Source of the DNA: Octopus vulgaris
Taxonomy: Eukaryota
Direction of reading: 5' to 3'
Assembly: GCA_951406725.2 (NCBI GenBank)
Contig: OX597822.1
Span: forward strand, 9,734,001-9,798,000
DNA length: 64,000 bases
Positions 11,412 to 24,886 of the stretch are shown here, piece by piece; positions within the stretch are counted from its first letter, which is position 1; each line of letters opens with the position of its first letter. A program made the translations under genes and the position numbers. Below the pieces are notes generated by a model. That model had not been told where the DNA came from. It did no database searches and saw only the letters and a program-made list of their open reading frames with translations.

Positions 11412-11705
11412 CATGGCCGAACGGTTTTAGGAGTTCGCTTTGCATTCACATAATCCCGGATTTGATCCGTCGAAGTGGTACTTTGGGTTCAGTCCCACAG
11501 TACAGCACCTTGGACAAGTGTCTTCTATAATAGCCCCAGGTCGACCAAAGCCCTCGGAGTAGATTTGGTAAACGGAAACTAAGAGTAGCATATCATGTAT
11601 GAGTGCGCACGCGCGTGTATGTATATAAATATATATGACTATATATCTATGTATGCCATTGTGTTGTACTTGTTCCCCGTTATGGCTTGACAACCGGTGT
11701 TAGTT
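11412..11705 (+). mobile_element. Degenerate tRNA-derived CORE-type SINE
   Basis: GGGTTCAGTCCCAC...CACCTTGGACAAGTGTCTTCT...GATTTGGTAAACGGAAACT matches the family copy at 63270. Confidence 0.75.
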
Positions 11706-12575
11706 TGTTTGCATCGGGCTAAATTTGACAGTTTATGTGAAAGGAAAAAAAATACAACACTCCATTCAATAAAAAACGTATTTTTGGAAAAAATCAAAAA
11801 TCTCAGCTAGAATACGACTGGGAGATAATAAGTAACTACCCTCAGCTCTCATCACGGCCTCAGGTACGGCTCCGGAACTTGACACATGCGTTTCTCACTG
11901 TGTTCCTGGGAAGGTCTTCGAACATCTGTTTGATCTTGGGCTCCAGCTCGACCTCGGTGTTGCAGGCAGAGCAGTTGGCGTCTTTTTCAACCGCGCCCTA
12001 AAGGTAGTAATCCATGGGATTACAATCAGGAGTATTAGGGTTGATGAAGGCAAAGAAATTCTCCGACACCACTTCTGACTCTCTTCAGATGTATGTAAAG
12101 GTAACAAATCTTGCTGTCACATATATGACCTTCCAGCAGCAACCCTCTCCGGCCGCTCTTTGATAAGTCCCCACCAGCTTCACATTGAGCCTAAGATCCT
12201 GTTCAAAGATATGGGGTAGCAGAACATCACCCTCACTGTAGAGACACGTAAAAGCCATCATCTTCCTGCTGGCCACGGCTTCGTAGTCTCCGTTGCAGCT
12301 GTTCCTGTCACGTCTTGCAGCCTTTACAGAGTTCACCAAGCATTTAGTAACAGTCATAGTTTCGTCCTTTAAATACCCAGGGCAAATCATCATAATACAG
12401 GTAACTATTTTCCAATATTCAGATGAGCTTCCAGCCCTGTATGACAGTAAACTTTTTCTCAACTAAAACTTTAATCATTGTGTTCTTTAACACCGTTGAC
12501 TGTTCACCAATTCATCAAACTGTTCGCGGAAAAAGAAGACATAAAAATCGTCAGATTTAGCGCAAACAACCTATA
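11706..12575 (-). mobile_element. Degenerate Tc1/mariner-superfamily transposon (maT/DD37D-like)
   Basis: Minus strand reads PDCNPMDYYL*GAVEKDANCSACNTEVEL..KIKQMFEDLPRNTVRNACVKFRSR. TIR remnants are GCTAAATTTGAC and GTCAGATTTAGC. Confidence 0.75.
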
Positions 12576-14103
12576 TAGACAAAAGTAATGCAATGATTTA
12601 TTGATATTTGAATCACTTGTCATAAGTTCTAAAATTTAGAAATTATTAATATATGAATCAAAAATGATTTTGTACATGATGTATTGACGTTAGGTTGATA
12701 AAGTTATTCGCAATAACCATAAAGCATAAAGTATGACCAGTCACATCAGAAGAATCATTAACGTTCTTCAGGAAGATACTCTGGACAAAACAGTAATTAA
12801 ATAAGACATAATGCATGAATAATTACTAGTGTCTTTTGTTTGTTCTGGCTGTGAACCTCTGATATTGATACTTATTACAAAGGCAATGCGTGGTGTGGCA
12901 GTGAACACGTAGATCGTGGAACACAATAGTCTGCAGCACTGAACCACTTCTCTTTAACTCCTTCTATGAAATCTCATCATAGTCATATTTATTGACATAT
13001 TTTCATGGGTCGATAAAATAAGTACCAGTGAAATTATAATGTAATTAATCAACTGTGCCCAACCCATGTGCATATGTTAGAAATATTGCCAAAAACATTT
13101 GAACTGTTAAATGTTTAACTAGATGTTATATGTTACCAAACGTAACGAATACACATACACAAATATTTAAAAATATATTTCATAAAAAAATAATTTGCTC
13201 TTAAAATTGTAACAAGTTGTTTAAAAATATTAGATGATATTTCGATGCTTCTCTTTGGAGATTTATTGAACTTAAATTTCTTTAAAAAAATAATTGGTCT
13301 TGTCATAAATAATATAAAAAATGGTCGTAATATAGTTTTAGTATAGTTAAGGTTTTCTAGACATAATTTTACGATGAATACACCTTTGCATGTATTTAAT
13401 GTCGTTTGATAAGTTTATGAACAATTTCTCATTGGACTATTTCGTCTTTCTGCGAATATGACATTCAACATTTATCTTTCGGCCAAAATGCTTTCGATTT
13501 ATGTGCTTTCAATGTGTATAAGTCTATGTTTATAAATATACAAGTACATTCCTCGAGCTGATCAAACCTTGTCACCATGAGTAGCCCTCTAAGAAGTAGG
13601 ACATTCCCGACAATATGGTTTGTGGGCTCACTGGAATACGCAAGTTCCCTCAGCACGGCAAGGTAACGATTTCAAGTGGAGAAAAGCTAAGTTTCCGTCT
13701 AAATAACACATTATTACCTCATAGCATCACCACAGAATTCGAGGTCATGCGTTTATGTTAATCAACTATATTAATTACGGTGGGTAATTTGATTTTTTTT
13801 GTAAGGCTTTGTCAGGTGGTATCCTTCAAACGGGTAACACATTAAGTCTAATTACAGTGAAGTAGAAGAAACACAAAGAGCACCATACCATATGTCTTGT
13901 ACTATTTAATTTCATCATATTACGTTCTGATTTCAAATCCCGCTGGTATTTATGCTAAATAAACAAAAGTATTATTAATAAAATCAACACGAAATATCCT
14001 TCAGCGATTTTCTTGTTTTCATTCCTTTGCTCTCTTGTACATACCCAAACAGATTCGGAATTGCAATGCACTAACAAATAGTTATGTGCAGACATAAGTA
14101 CGT

Positions 14104-14921
14104 ACGTATGTATGTATGTATGTATGTATGTATGTATGTATGTATGTATGTATGTATGTATGTATGTATGTATGTATGTATGAGTGTATGTATGCGTATG
14201 TATGTTTATATGTATGCGTATGTATGTTTGTATGTATGTATGTATGTATGTATGTATGTATGTTTGTATGTATGTGTGTGTGTATGTATGTATGTATGTA
14301 TGTATGTATGTGTATGTATGTATGTATGTATGTATGTATGTATGTGTACGTATGTATGTATGTATGTATGTATGTATGTATGTATGTGTGTATGTGTGTA
14401 TGTATGTATGTTTGTGTGTATGTATGTATGTATGTATGTATGTATGTATGTATGTATGTATGTATGTATGTATGTATGTATGTATGTATGTATGTATGTA
14501 TGTATATGTATGTATGTATGTATGTGTGTATGTATGTATGTATGTATGTGTGTATGTATCTGTATGTATGTATGTGTATGTATGTATGCATGTATGTATG
14601 TATGTATGTGTTTATGTATGTATGTATGTATGTATGTATGTATGTATGTGTGTATGTATGTATGTATGTATGTATGTATGTATGTGTGTGTATGTATGTA
14701 TGTATGTATGTATGTGTGTGTGTATGTATGTATGTATGTATGTATGTATGTATGTATGTGTGTATGTATGTATGTATGTATGTATGTATGTATGTATGTG
14801 TGTGTATGTATGTATGTATGTATGTATGTATGTGTGTATGTATGTATGTATGCATGCATGTATGTATGTATGTATGTATGTATGTGTATGTATGTATGTA
14901 TGTGTATGTATGTATGTATGT
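14104..14921. repeat. ~820-bp (TATG)n microsatellite
   Basis: Direct reading. Confidence 0.95.
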
Positions 14922-15633
14922 AGGCATGGTCGAGTGGTTTAGAAGTTTAGAAGTTCGCCTTGCAGTCACGAAATCCCGGATCCGATCCGACCGCGTTTCA
15001 TCTTGCACAAATATCATTCAACATTGCCAAAGGTGGGCTCAAACTTTATGAGTGAAACAAGAGACGGACTTCAGACACCGCTTGTATTTATGCAAAATAA
15101 ACAGATTGATGTTAAATTAGAGGTACAGCTTATAATTATATTAAAGTCACAATCAGTAATCGTTACGTGCAGCTTACTGAGTTCTGCAGCCTGGAATACA
15201 GGGTTTACTTGAGACCGAAATATCAACACGATGTATAAACTTACATAGGCACTGTTTCTGTACTGGCTATTTTTGCCAGGGCAGAAACCGGTCAACGTGA
15301 GTCCAAATACTTAAATGTAAGTTGGGAGATTGTCTTAGCCTGTTTGCCTTCGGACAGTTGATTTCTGCAGTTATTATCAGTATATTTTGGCGATTTATAT
15401 AAGAGTTTTGACTGTTATATCCAGCAGAGAGATATATGTAGTATGTCCTTTGATTAAGTTTAACCCTTCAGCTATTTAATGCCTTTTGGGGGCCTGCAAT
15501 CGCCCATATTATTGATTCTGTTATCATTTTGAAATTGTTACACGAGATAATAACAGAGTCAATGGTATCTTCGCAAATTAATTTTTCGTGAATTATTTGC
15601 TCCGTGTGTATGTATATATATATATATATATAT

Positions 15634-15933
15634 CACCGGGATCGACCAGGCTATCAAATGTTGCTACACATCGCTGGTCACAATGCGCTTCGCATTGTTT
15701 TAGCCTTCAAATGACGCCACCCCGCTGGCTAAGCAAGCAGGCCAACAGAATAAAGAGTGAGAAAAGGTGTAGCGAAGGAGTACAGCAGGGATCGCCAGCA
15801 CCCCCTGCCGTAGCCTTGTGGAGCTTTAGGCGTTTTCGCTCAATAAACACTCACAACGCCCGGTCTGGGAATCGAAACCGCGATCCTACGACCGCGAGTC
15901 CGCTGCCCTAACCACTGGGCTATTGCGCCTCCA
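15634..15933 (-). mobile_element. tRNA-derived SINE (octopus OR-like) in (TA)n
   Basis: Minus-strand head TGGAGGCGCAATAGCCCAGTGGTTAGGGCAGCGGACTCGCGGTCGTAGGATCGCGGTTTCGATTCCC has pol III A and B boxes. Confidence 0.8.
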
Positions 15934-15959
15934 TATATATATATGCGTGTGTGTGTGTG

Positions 15960-16190
15960 TCTTTGCATCAGTGTTTGTGGTCCATCACTGTCTGACAGCT
16001 AGTGTTGGTGCGTTTACGTCCCCATAACTTAGCGGTTTGGCAAAAAGTCCGATAGAATAAGTACCAGACTTTTATGCAAAGAAAAAAAAGAAAAGAAAAG
16101 AAGAGGTACTAGGGTCTAATCGTTCGACTAAAATCCTTCAAGGCGGTACCCCAGCATGGCCGCAGTCTAATGACTGAAACAGGTAAAAGG
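15960..16190 (+). mobile_element. 3' half of CORE-type SINE
   Basis: TTTACGTCCCCATAACTTAGCGG...CCAGCATGGCCGCAGTCTAATGACTGAAAC. Confidence 0.75.
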
Positions 16191-16405
16191 TGAAAAAATA
16201 AAAAGATAGATATAACACGTTTGCGAAATCCAAGAAAAGCGCTGTTAGCCATTGTTTAAGATTAGAGATTGTTCTATATTATAGAATGTCTACCTGTAAT
16301 TCAAAGGGCCTACTTTATCCTACAGTGTGCCGCGCTGATTTTTGATTCAGAATTAGTGTGTCTGCGAAATATTCATCCACTTATATGCTAATAAGTGGTC
16401 TAAGT

Positions 16406-16701
16406 CAGTGCCTCTCAAAATGGTGGTCTGCGGACCGGTGCCGGTCCGCGAGACATCAGCTGCCGGATACGCGGCGAGTTTCCAGAAAAGAAACATTATA
16501 AAACGCTTATGTAATATTATATCATTTGTTTACAAAATAAATATAGTCAACTTTAAAAATTAGTCAACTTTTTATTATACTCATCATACATACTATTTCC
16601 GGTATAAATAAATATTACTAAGAAATATTACCGGTCCCTGGCACATGGGGGGGGGGGAGAAAACAGCAGGTACGCCACATCAGATAGTTTGAGAAGCACT
16701 G
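16406..16701. mobile_element. hAT (Charlie-like) MITE
   Basis: TIRs CAGTGCCTCTCAAA / TTTGAGAAGCACTG. Degenerate 8-bp TSD GTCTAAGT / GTGTAGGC. Subterminal CCGGTCC motifs. Confidence 0.8.
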
Positions 16702-16825
16702 GTGTAGGCGATTAGATGACCAGTATTCTCATAGTCGAAACAGAAGCGAGCGCTTTTATATAGGTACGTTTATATATTATACTATATTCGTATATTGATA
16801 GGTATATACACACATATAAACATAC

Positions 16826-16888
<63 letters not shown>

Positions 16889-17210
16889 GTTGTTATGCAA
16901 AAGTGTCTTAAGTCCAAACGGTTTCACCATTCCATATCAAAATTGCTGTACTCCACCTTAATAAATTTTGATATCTTGGGATCTGAAGCACCTGGAGATA
17001 CGATAGTTTGACCAAAGGAACCGGCTATTGCAAGCAAAAATAAATATAGAAAAAAGAAAACGCATCTGGCCATATACAGTATATACGTTGCTCAATGTCG
17101 GGCAATTGAGAAAGGAGTGCTCAATACATATTGAAATGGAAATGGTTATTTTTTGAATTTAAACTGAAGCTGAGGGCTAGTCACACGACATATATATGTA
17201 TGTATGTACG

Positions 17211-17241
<31 letters not shown>

Positions 17242-19336
17242 CCGTGAGAGCTAGAGGTTGGGAGATTAGGGTATGGGTTGGGCCAGTATGGTTTTATATG
17301 GATATAATGGTGTACATTCATGGTTAAGGATGTGAATGTATATCTTTTTAGTATTAGAATTAGTATTGGTACATATGGGGATCTGTAGATATATTTATAT
17401 TTTATATGTATGATTGCTGGAGCATGAGTATAGACAGGTACAGTTAAGAATACCCCATCGTTCTGGTCTTCCAATGGTATGTTACCCCATACTCCTACTA
17501 TTAATGCTATACATAGACCTAGCTCATGCACTAGGGATAGAAGCCCCTCCCTTAATGGAATTTTAGAAAATACACCCATGATTAGCTAATCATATATACC
17601 AGCACTTAGCAATCAAATTGTGCCCTACAAATTGAGTAGAGTAATAACAATATGGAACACTAATCCAACGGATTAAATTATAAATTTATAAATATAAACC
17701 TTTATGTACATTTGGATAACTGAGTTATAATATAGTGTAATATCCTAAAACCAAACTGCCTAATACATCAGAATCCATAAATGTCTACACTCCATAACTT
17801 AAATCCTTAAAATCCTTTAAAATGTTTTAGCCCGAAGGCCGCGGCCATGCTGGGGCACCACCGCTGCCACATTTACCCGAATAAAACACCTCCTATTTGC
17901 ATCTACATCTGATATTTCCTCTTTCCTCGGACCTAAATTGAATATTATTATCCAAATACAGAATCAGTCAATCAATTATTCCATTAAATGATTTAATGCT
18001 ATAACACAGTGCCATCCATTTAATACTTCATATCCATTATTCTATATTTTAATAGTATAGGTTTTAGCAATAAATAACTATAACTGAGAAAACAAGCAAT
18101 CGATCCGGTCCGTTCCATTTGTTGTCCCTTGTCAGAAAATCCTTCCAACAAAAATGAATCCTCTGTCCTTCTCCTACATTATGTTTAACAATATAGCTGT
18201 GTCCCCTGATAGATATTTTACATCTTTATTTTTTATTTTATACGTTTGTAATCATTTATTTCTCCTTATGCAGTCCCTTAAGATCATATCCCCTTAGTCA
18301 TATTGCTTTAGTTATTGTGCACACTCACATACTCATGTATTTATTTATTTACTTGTCTACATTTAATTCAATTTAATCTAGTTTGAATGTTATTTTGCTC
18401 TCCTACTTGCCCATAGTGGCCACGGTTTTTTTTATCCATTTATTCTTTAATTTATTTATATGATTTGTTTTTATGTTATCTGTTAACCATCAAGGAACCG
18501 GAACCGCGTCATAGTTTTCAAAATATAGCTGACCAATTAGGTTGCAGGACTGACCATAAAAACTGCACAAAAGGATTCAGGGACTTGTTGATCGAAAAAA
18601 TAACGAACACGAACACCGTACTTTGGTCACCACCTGGTGCCATACTCTCTTTAGTGCCATCTGATATCCTACATATAAACTTCCATCTCTGAAACATGGA
18701 CCATACTTTCAAACCATACTTTCAAACCCATCACTGTAAACACAAACATAACATGTATTTATATGTAAGCAAAATAAGAACCACTGCCTAAATTTACCCT
18801 TCCTAAAAAAACTCATCCTTAGAACGAATACATCTACCTATCCACCGCTGGACAAAATAGCAGGAATCTTGGAAGGCAACACTTGAAGTCTATGACTTAT
18901 TTCCCTTTCCTATACCTAATCCATTTTACTAAATTTTACTCCTCTCACACTCTAAGTCTGGATACTATTCTTCTTATGCCCTCTTCAATAAGAAAAATAT
19001 ACTGTGCTTATTAGTAACAAACTCTTGTATGCATCAGCTCTCCAGATGAAGCCTAGAGGCACACTCAACATCCAAACTCTATCTACCCATCTCTACAGAA
19101 CACTGAAGAGATGGAGCTAGCATGGAGGATATCGTGGTCTTTTAGCAGGAACGGCCTTAAGGAACTGATCGTTTAATCTTCTACTCTTTTATGCATTACT
19201 AGTATATATTTGTGTAGTATACAGTCTTTGCATCTGTATGTATTCTTATAATACTCCTTTTTGCTTTGGAATAGACATAATAGAATGTCTACCGGCTGAT
19301 GTATGTCATTTTTGTATCCCCTCCATTTTCTTTTTG

Positions 19337-19383
<47 letters not shown>

Positions 19384-19386
<3 letters not shown>

Positions 19387-19555
19387 AGAAAAAAGCAACA
19401 AGAATGGATTAGTTTTTCAGTACAATTGTTTCATACGAAGACCAGCTTTATTAAAAGCTGCAAATATTGCAATATTTGCAGCTTTTAATAAAGCTGGTCT
19501 TCGTATGAAACAATTGTACTGAAAAACTAATCCATTCTCGTTGCTTTTTTCTTGT
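19384..19555. repeat. 172-bp spacer-less palindrome next to (TA)n
   Basis: Centre 19469/19470 (AATATTG|CAATATT). The arms match except for one base at 19539. Confidence 0.95.
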
Positions 19556-19669
19556 TTATAATCACCCCACATTATTTTATGGTTAATACCATATAGATTT
19601 CTGGTGCATCCAAGTTAAGTACCGCATTCAAGTGAATTCAATAGAACTCACTTGAATCTTAATTGCTTT

Positions 19670-19711
<42 letters not shown>

Positions 19712-19821
19712 TTATAATTATATTGTATGTATTATACATATATTTATATATAATATATGCACATTACATACATTTCATATATTTTACTATATTCTATAGT
19801 GTCTATCTATCAATACACACG

Positions 19822-19856
<35 letters not shown>

Positions 19857-19984
19857 ATGCACTGAAACACTCACCGATACAAAGACGTAGGAGAAGACCA
19901 ATGCTAGAATGTACAACAAGAGTTATGACGATATAAAACATACCCACTAAATGAAATGCTGACGACCAAGTAGACCGCCTTAAA

Positions 19985-20190
19985 CAGAGTAAACCATATG
20001 AGACCTTCAATGACCACAAGATCAACTTTAATCAGAAACCTTGTTCTAGGTTTATCAAACCTATCAAGAGCGAAATTTACAGTGTAAGAGAATATTAGGC
20101 GCTTATTATGAAGTAGAGCAGAGGTCAACTTTAAACGATTCGGTAAATAGATGCGCTGCTGTTGAATTGTGAAAACGCATGATCGACAAT
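19985..20190 (+). mobile_element. Decayed Penelope-like reverse transcriptase N-terminal fragment
   Basis: Reads TFNDHKINFNQKPCSRFIKPIKSEI, resembling the PLE motif TLKDHKxNFxxxPxxRLINPxKSEIG. Confidence 0.5.
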
Positions 20191-20219
20191 ATTGAATGTA
20201 ATTGTACATAATGCGATAA

Positions 20220-20485
20220 TTCCTCTTCCTCCTCCTCCTCCTCCACATCATCATCATCACCACCATCATCATTATCATAAACATCGTTGTCGTCGTCGTC
20301 ATTGTCATCATCATCGTGGTAGCCGTTGTCAGGTTTATCCTCCACCGCTTCCTCCTCCTCCTCCTCCTCCTCCTCCTCGTCGTCGTCACCATCATCATCA
20401 TAATCATCATCATCATAATCATCATCATCATCATAATCATCATCATCATCATCCTCATCATCATCATCATCATCACCATCATCAT

Positions 20486-20555
<70 letters not shown>

Positions 20556-20727
20556 CCATTACCGTCGAGTCGTCGTCGTCGGTATCATTATTATCATCTG
20601 AACTAGTTGTGATGTAGTGAATGTGATGCTGATGCAATTGATAAAGATGATGATGATGATGACGACGGTGATGATGACGACGGTAATGATGATGATGATG
20701 TTAATGACGACGGTAATGACGACGGTA

Positions 20728-20763
<36 letters not shown>

Positions 20764-21010
20764 TTAATGACGACGGTAATGATGATGATGATGATGTTAA
20801 TGACGACGGTAATGATGATGATGAATATGATGATGACGATGATGATGATAGTAGTGATGGTGTCGACGACGACGGTGGGGGAAGGTTGTGTTGTGACGAT
20901 GTTGACGCTGTTATTGCTGCTGCTGCTACCGCTGCTGCTGCTGCTGCTGCTGTTGCTGTTGTTGCTGATAATGGCGACGACCACGAAGACGACGACGACG
21001 ACGATGGAAG
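20220..21010. repeat. Trinucleotide tracts (CCT/CAT, then GAT/GAC/GCT)
   Basis: Direct reading. Strand polarity flips near 20600. Confidence 0.9.
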
Positions 21011-21339
21011 TGATGGTGTAAATATGGTGGTCAGCGGCGGTCAGAAAAGAAGACATCCAGAGTATCTTTGACAATATCAATAAAGAAGGCAAAAGAAATA
21101 TTTCTCAGAAGTCCAGCTTTCAATTGTTGCTAAGAAACCAATAGGCTTCTTATATAGATGATACGATATAATCTTGTCTGATGGCTGTATCTATCAGACT
21201 ATAATCAACACAGAAGATATCAGACTGAAGATATCACATACGTAGTTGAAGAAAATGAATTAGGGCGGTAATTGTTGGATATTTACGAGGATAATCAACG
21301 TGATTAACATGGATTAACATTAAGGTTTCTCGGGTGATT

Positions 21340-21735
21340 GGTGCAATGGTGGTGTTGGTGGTTTTGGCGGTATAAATGGTGACGGAAGAGTGGTATGGTT
21401 GATGATGGTGGTAGTGGTGGTAGTGGTGGGGTGGTGGGGGTGGGGGTAGGGGTCGGGAAGGGTGATGTTAATGCTGGCTTGGTAGTAATGGTATTAAGTG
21501 TGGTGAGATGGTGTTGGTGATGATGATGATGATGATGGTGGTAGAGGTGGTGGTGGTAATGATGCAAATAATTTGTGATGGTGATGATGGTAGTGGTTGC
21601 TGTGACCAAGATGGTGGTGGTGATGATGGTGGTAGTAGTAGTAGTAGTAGTATTAATATTGATGGTGTTGTTGTTGGAGGTGGTGGTGATAATGATGATA
21701 GGGGTTACGATAGAGATATTGATAGCAGTGTTTGG

Positions 21736-21771
<36 letters not shown>

Positions 21772-22620
21772 CGACGACGATGATGATGGTGGTGGTGGTG
21801 GTGAAGAGATGTTGGATGGTAGTATTGATATACAGGCGGCGTTGTTCGTGACGAAGTCAAAGGTGGTAGTTGAAGTGGTGTTATAGTAGTGCCGGTGGTG
21901 GTGGTGGTAGTGGTGGTTGTAGTAGTAACAGTAATGATAGCGATGGAGATGATGGTCGCGTTGATATAGTGGTGGAGTGGTACTGACGGAAGTGGTGGCG
22001 GCGGCGGCGGCGGTGGTGTTATTGGTAGTAGTAGTAGTAGTTATTGGTAGTATTATTGTTATTGTTATTGGTAGTAGTAGTAGTGGTGGTAGTGGTGGTG
22101 GTGGTGGTGATGGCGGTGAGAGTGGCGGCGGCGGTGGTGGTGGTGGTGGTGGTGATGGCAGTGAGAGTGGCGGCGGTGGTGATGGCGGTGAGAGTGGTGG
22201 CGGCGGTGGTGGTGGTGGTGGTAGTGGTGGTGGTGGTGGTGATTGCGGTGGCGGCGGCGGCGGTGGTGTTATTGGTAGTAGTAGTAGTGGTGGTAGTGGT
22301 GGTGGTGGTGGTGGTGGTGGTGGTGATGGCGGTGAGAGTGGCGGCGGTGGTGGTGGCGGTGGTGATGGCGGTGAGAGTGGCGGCAGCGGTGGTGGTGGTG
22401 GTGGTGGTGGTGGTGGTGGTGATGGTGGTGAGAGTGGCGGCGGCGGTGGTGGTGGTGGTAGTGGTGGTGGTGGTGGTGATGGTGGTGATGGTGGTGGCGG
22501 CAGTAGTGGTGGTGATTGCGGTGGCGGTGGCGGCGGCGGCGGTGGTGGTGGTGGTGGTGGTGGTGGTGGTGGTGGTAGTGGTGGTGTTGGTAGTGATAGC
22601 AGTGGTGGTGGCGGTGGTAT
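21340..22620. repeat. (GGT/GGC/GAT/AGT)n trinucleotide region with higher-order units
   Basis: GATGGCGGTGAGAGTGGCGGC-type units recur from 22109 to 22440. Confidence 0.9.
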
Positions 22621-22817
22621 GAAGAAGTGCGGAGGGGATGATAAAGGTACCGTTGTGACTGTTGAAATGATGGATATGATGAAAGTAATCTTGCAGCAGA
22701 CGCAGGCGGGGCCGGATGCTTGTAAAGTGCGCTTCTCCATCGCAAGTTCCAGGTTTCGATTCCACTGTATGACACGTTGGGTAAGTGTTTTTTTCCCCCC
22801 TTCTCTTTGCTATTTAA

Positions 22818-23478
22818 CCGCAGGCATGGCTGTGTCGTTTTGAAGAACGCTTTGCAACCACGTGGTTTCGGATTTAGTCCTACTGCACGGCACTTTGGGT
22901 AAGCGTCTTCTACTATAGCTTCGGGACGACCAAAGCCTTGTGAGTGGATTTGGTAGACGGAAACTGAAAGAAGCCCGTCGTATATACGCTCTCGCGTCTC
23001 ATGTTTGATCTTTGACCTCTGGCCGAAATCAGATCGCCATGTTGATTCGTTAGCTACTGCACGCATTTTTTTTCTCTCCTTCTTTCTGTGTTTTTCTCTC
23101 TCTGTGTATCTTTCTGTTGAAGAGCGTAGGCTCGAAACGTTAAAGACTTGTTTTATTTATATTTCCTGAGCGCCATACTAATACAATTGTTCGTTTGTTT
23201 TCCACCTGCCTTCGTCTTTTGTTTATTTTCATAAAGCTTCCCGGTATATATGTATATATATGTATATGTGCGTGTGCGTGTATGTTTGTGTTTGGCCCCC
23301 TAGCATCGCTTGACAACCGATGCTGGTGTGTTTATGTCCCCGTCACTTAGCGGTTCGGCAAAAGAGACCGATAGAATAAGTACTGGGCTTACAAAGAATA
23401 AGTCCCGGGGTCGAGTTGCTCGATTAAAGGTGGTGCACCAGCATGGCCACAGTCAAATGACTGAAACAAGTAAAGGAG
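22818..23478 (+). mobile_element. CORE-type SINE interrupted by a PLE-like fragment
   Basis: Head and body at 22818-22982 and tail at 23280-23478 match the 63270 copy. The insert sits in the internal TA-rich tract. Confidence 0.8.
23109..23146 (+). ncRNA. Minimal hammerhead-like motif (A6U core) in a PLE-like end
   Basis: UCUUU-CUGUUGA-A-GAGC-guag-GCUC-GAAAC-GUU-AAAGA, with a 5-bp helix I and 4-bp helix II. Confidence 0.55.
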
Positions 23479-24312
23479 TATATGTGTGCGTTTGCTTGAA
23501 AACAGGAGCTGGTTTACTCACACCCCTAACTTAGAGCTTCGTCAAATGACTGATGGAATGTCTGTACGTGTATGTATTTGCTTTTTTATATACACCCGCA
23601 CAACTTAAAAGTCTTTTGAGTTCGGTATCTTCCGTGTGCTTTTTAATCAGAATCTGCAAGACAGCGTCTACGTCTAGCAGCGTGCTCACTTAAAACATGC
23701 TATAAACACACATGGAGCCCTTTATAGAATTTACCAACAGTGCCTTTATTCTTTTCGTACTTTGAATATATCACCTCCCCGAACATTTTTCTTATTTGGA
23801 AAGCCCTCTTGCATTCCAGGAGGGTTTTCTTGGCCTTGCGGTGATCTGTGAAAATTATTTCTCGTGATGAAGATATGGACTCTCTGTCATCACAAATGAA
23901 TTCCACCTCACAAGAGAGGATTTTCACCGGACAGAGTACCTTTCTTGTAATTTTTATTAACAGCGTTAGATTTTTTAATATTATACATATATACACACAT
24001 ACATGCATATATACTTACATATGACAGTTAAACTGAGACACATTTGTTTTTTTCTCCCTCCATAGCTTTTCTCGCTTCATTTTTTTCTCTTGGTAGAAAA
24101 GTTTATGCTCAATACGCAAAAGATTTTTCCTTCTATTTTTCCTGAGCGTAAATCTAACACAGTTCTTTTTTCTTCAACTTCGTGCTATTTGATCTTGCAC
24201 CACACATATACAAATACACTTACAATCATACATACACACATACATACACACATACACACATACATACACACATACATACACACACACATACATACATACA
24301 TACATACATACA

Positions 24313-24343
<31 letters not shown>

Positions 24344-24408
24344 GCAATATTTACATTACGTACATTATTTATATTCGACAGATATTTGTCCTCATCTTGT
24401 TTGTTGTT

Positions 24409-24454
24409 AAGACAACGCTTCGGCTGATATACCCTCCAGCCTTCATCAGGTGTC
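24409..24454 (-). ncRNA. Hammerhead-like motif, left arm (GAAA mutated to GAAG)
   Basis: GACAC-CUGAUGA-A-GGCUG-gaggguauau-CAGCC-GAAGC-GUU-GUCUU. Confidence 0.6.
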
Positions 24455-24504
24455 TAAGGGAAATTTTGAACGTGGGTTCTCATTTCTAAGGTATTTTTCG
24501 ATGC

Positions 24505-24594
<90 letters not shown>

Positions 24595-24675
24595 GGTCAC
24601 TTAATAATATGGCGTAGTGGTTAAGAGCACTGGCTACTAACCAAAAGTTTCCGAATTCGATTCGAGGCAGTGACC

Positions 24676-24709
<34 letters not shown>

Positions 24710-24840
24710 TAATAATAATGTGCTCCAGCATGGCCACAGTCAAATGACTGAAACAAGTAAAAGAGCAAAGAGCAAAGAGCAATAACAACAACATCGAAAA
24801 ATACCTTAGGAATGAGAACTCAGGTTCGAAATTTCCCCAA

Positions 24841-24886
24841 GATACCTGAAGAAGGCTGGAGGGTATATCAGCCGAAACATTGTGTT
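24841..24886 (+). ncRNA. Hammerhead-like motif, right arm
   Basis: GAUAC-CUGAAGA-A-GGCUG-gaggguauau-CAGCC-GAAAC-AUU-GUGUU. Confidence 0.65.

Noticed and set aside
9067-15051. Long MYVC/HTYI ORFs
   Set aside because: They are translations of (TATG)n, which lacks stop codons.
15860-15933. Possible tRNA gene
   Set aside because: It has A/B boxes but no complete cloverleaf, and it continues into a SINE body.
17240-19340. Complex sequence between (TA)n tracts, with CCAGATGAAGCC and CTGAAGAG motifs near 19040-19110
   Set aside because: It is probably decayed retroelement sequence, but no matching GAAA/helix III or diagnostic protein motif was found.
21304-22843. 478-aa Pro-rich and 288-aa Gly-rich ORFs resembling extensin or formin
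   Set aside because: They are trinucleotide microsatellite, open in many frames on both strands, with no flanking domain.
23700-24008. 102-aa minus-strand ORF
   Set aside because: It starts in a microsatellite and has no recognisable motif or clear splice sites. It may be a decayed LINE.
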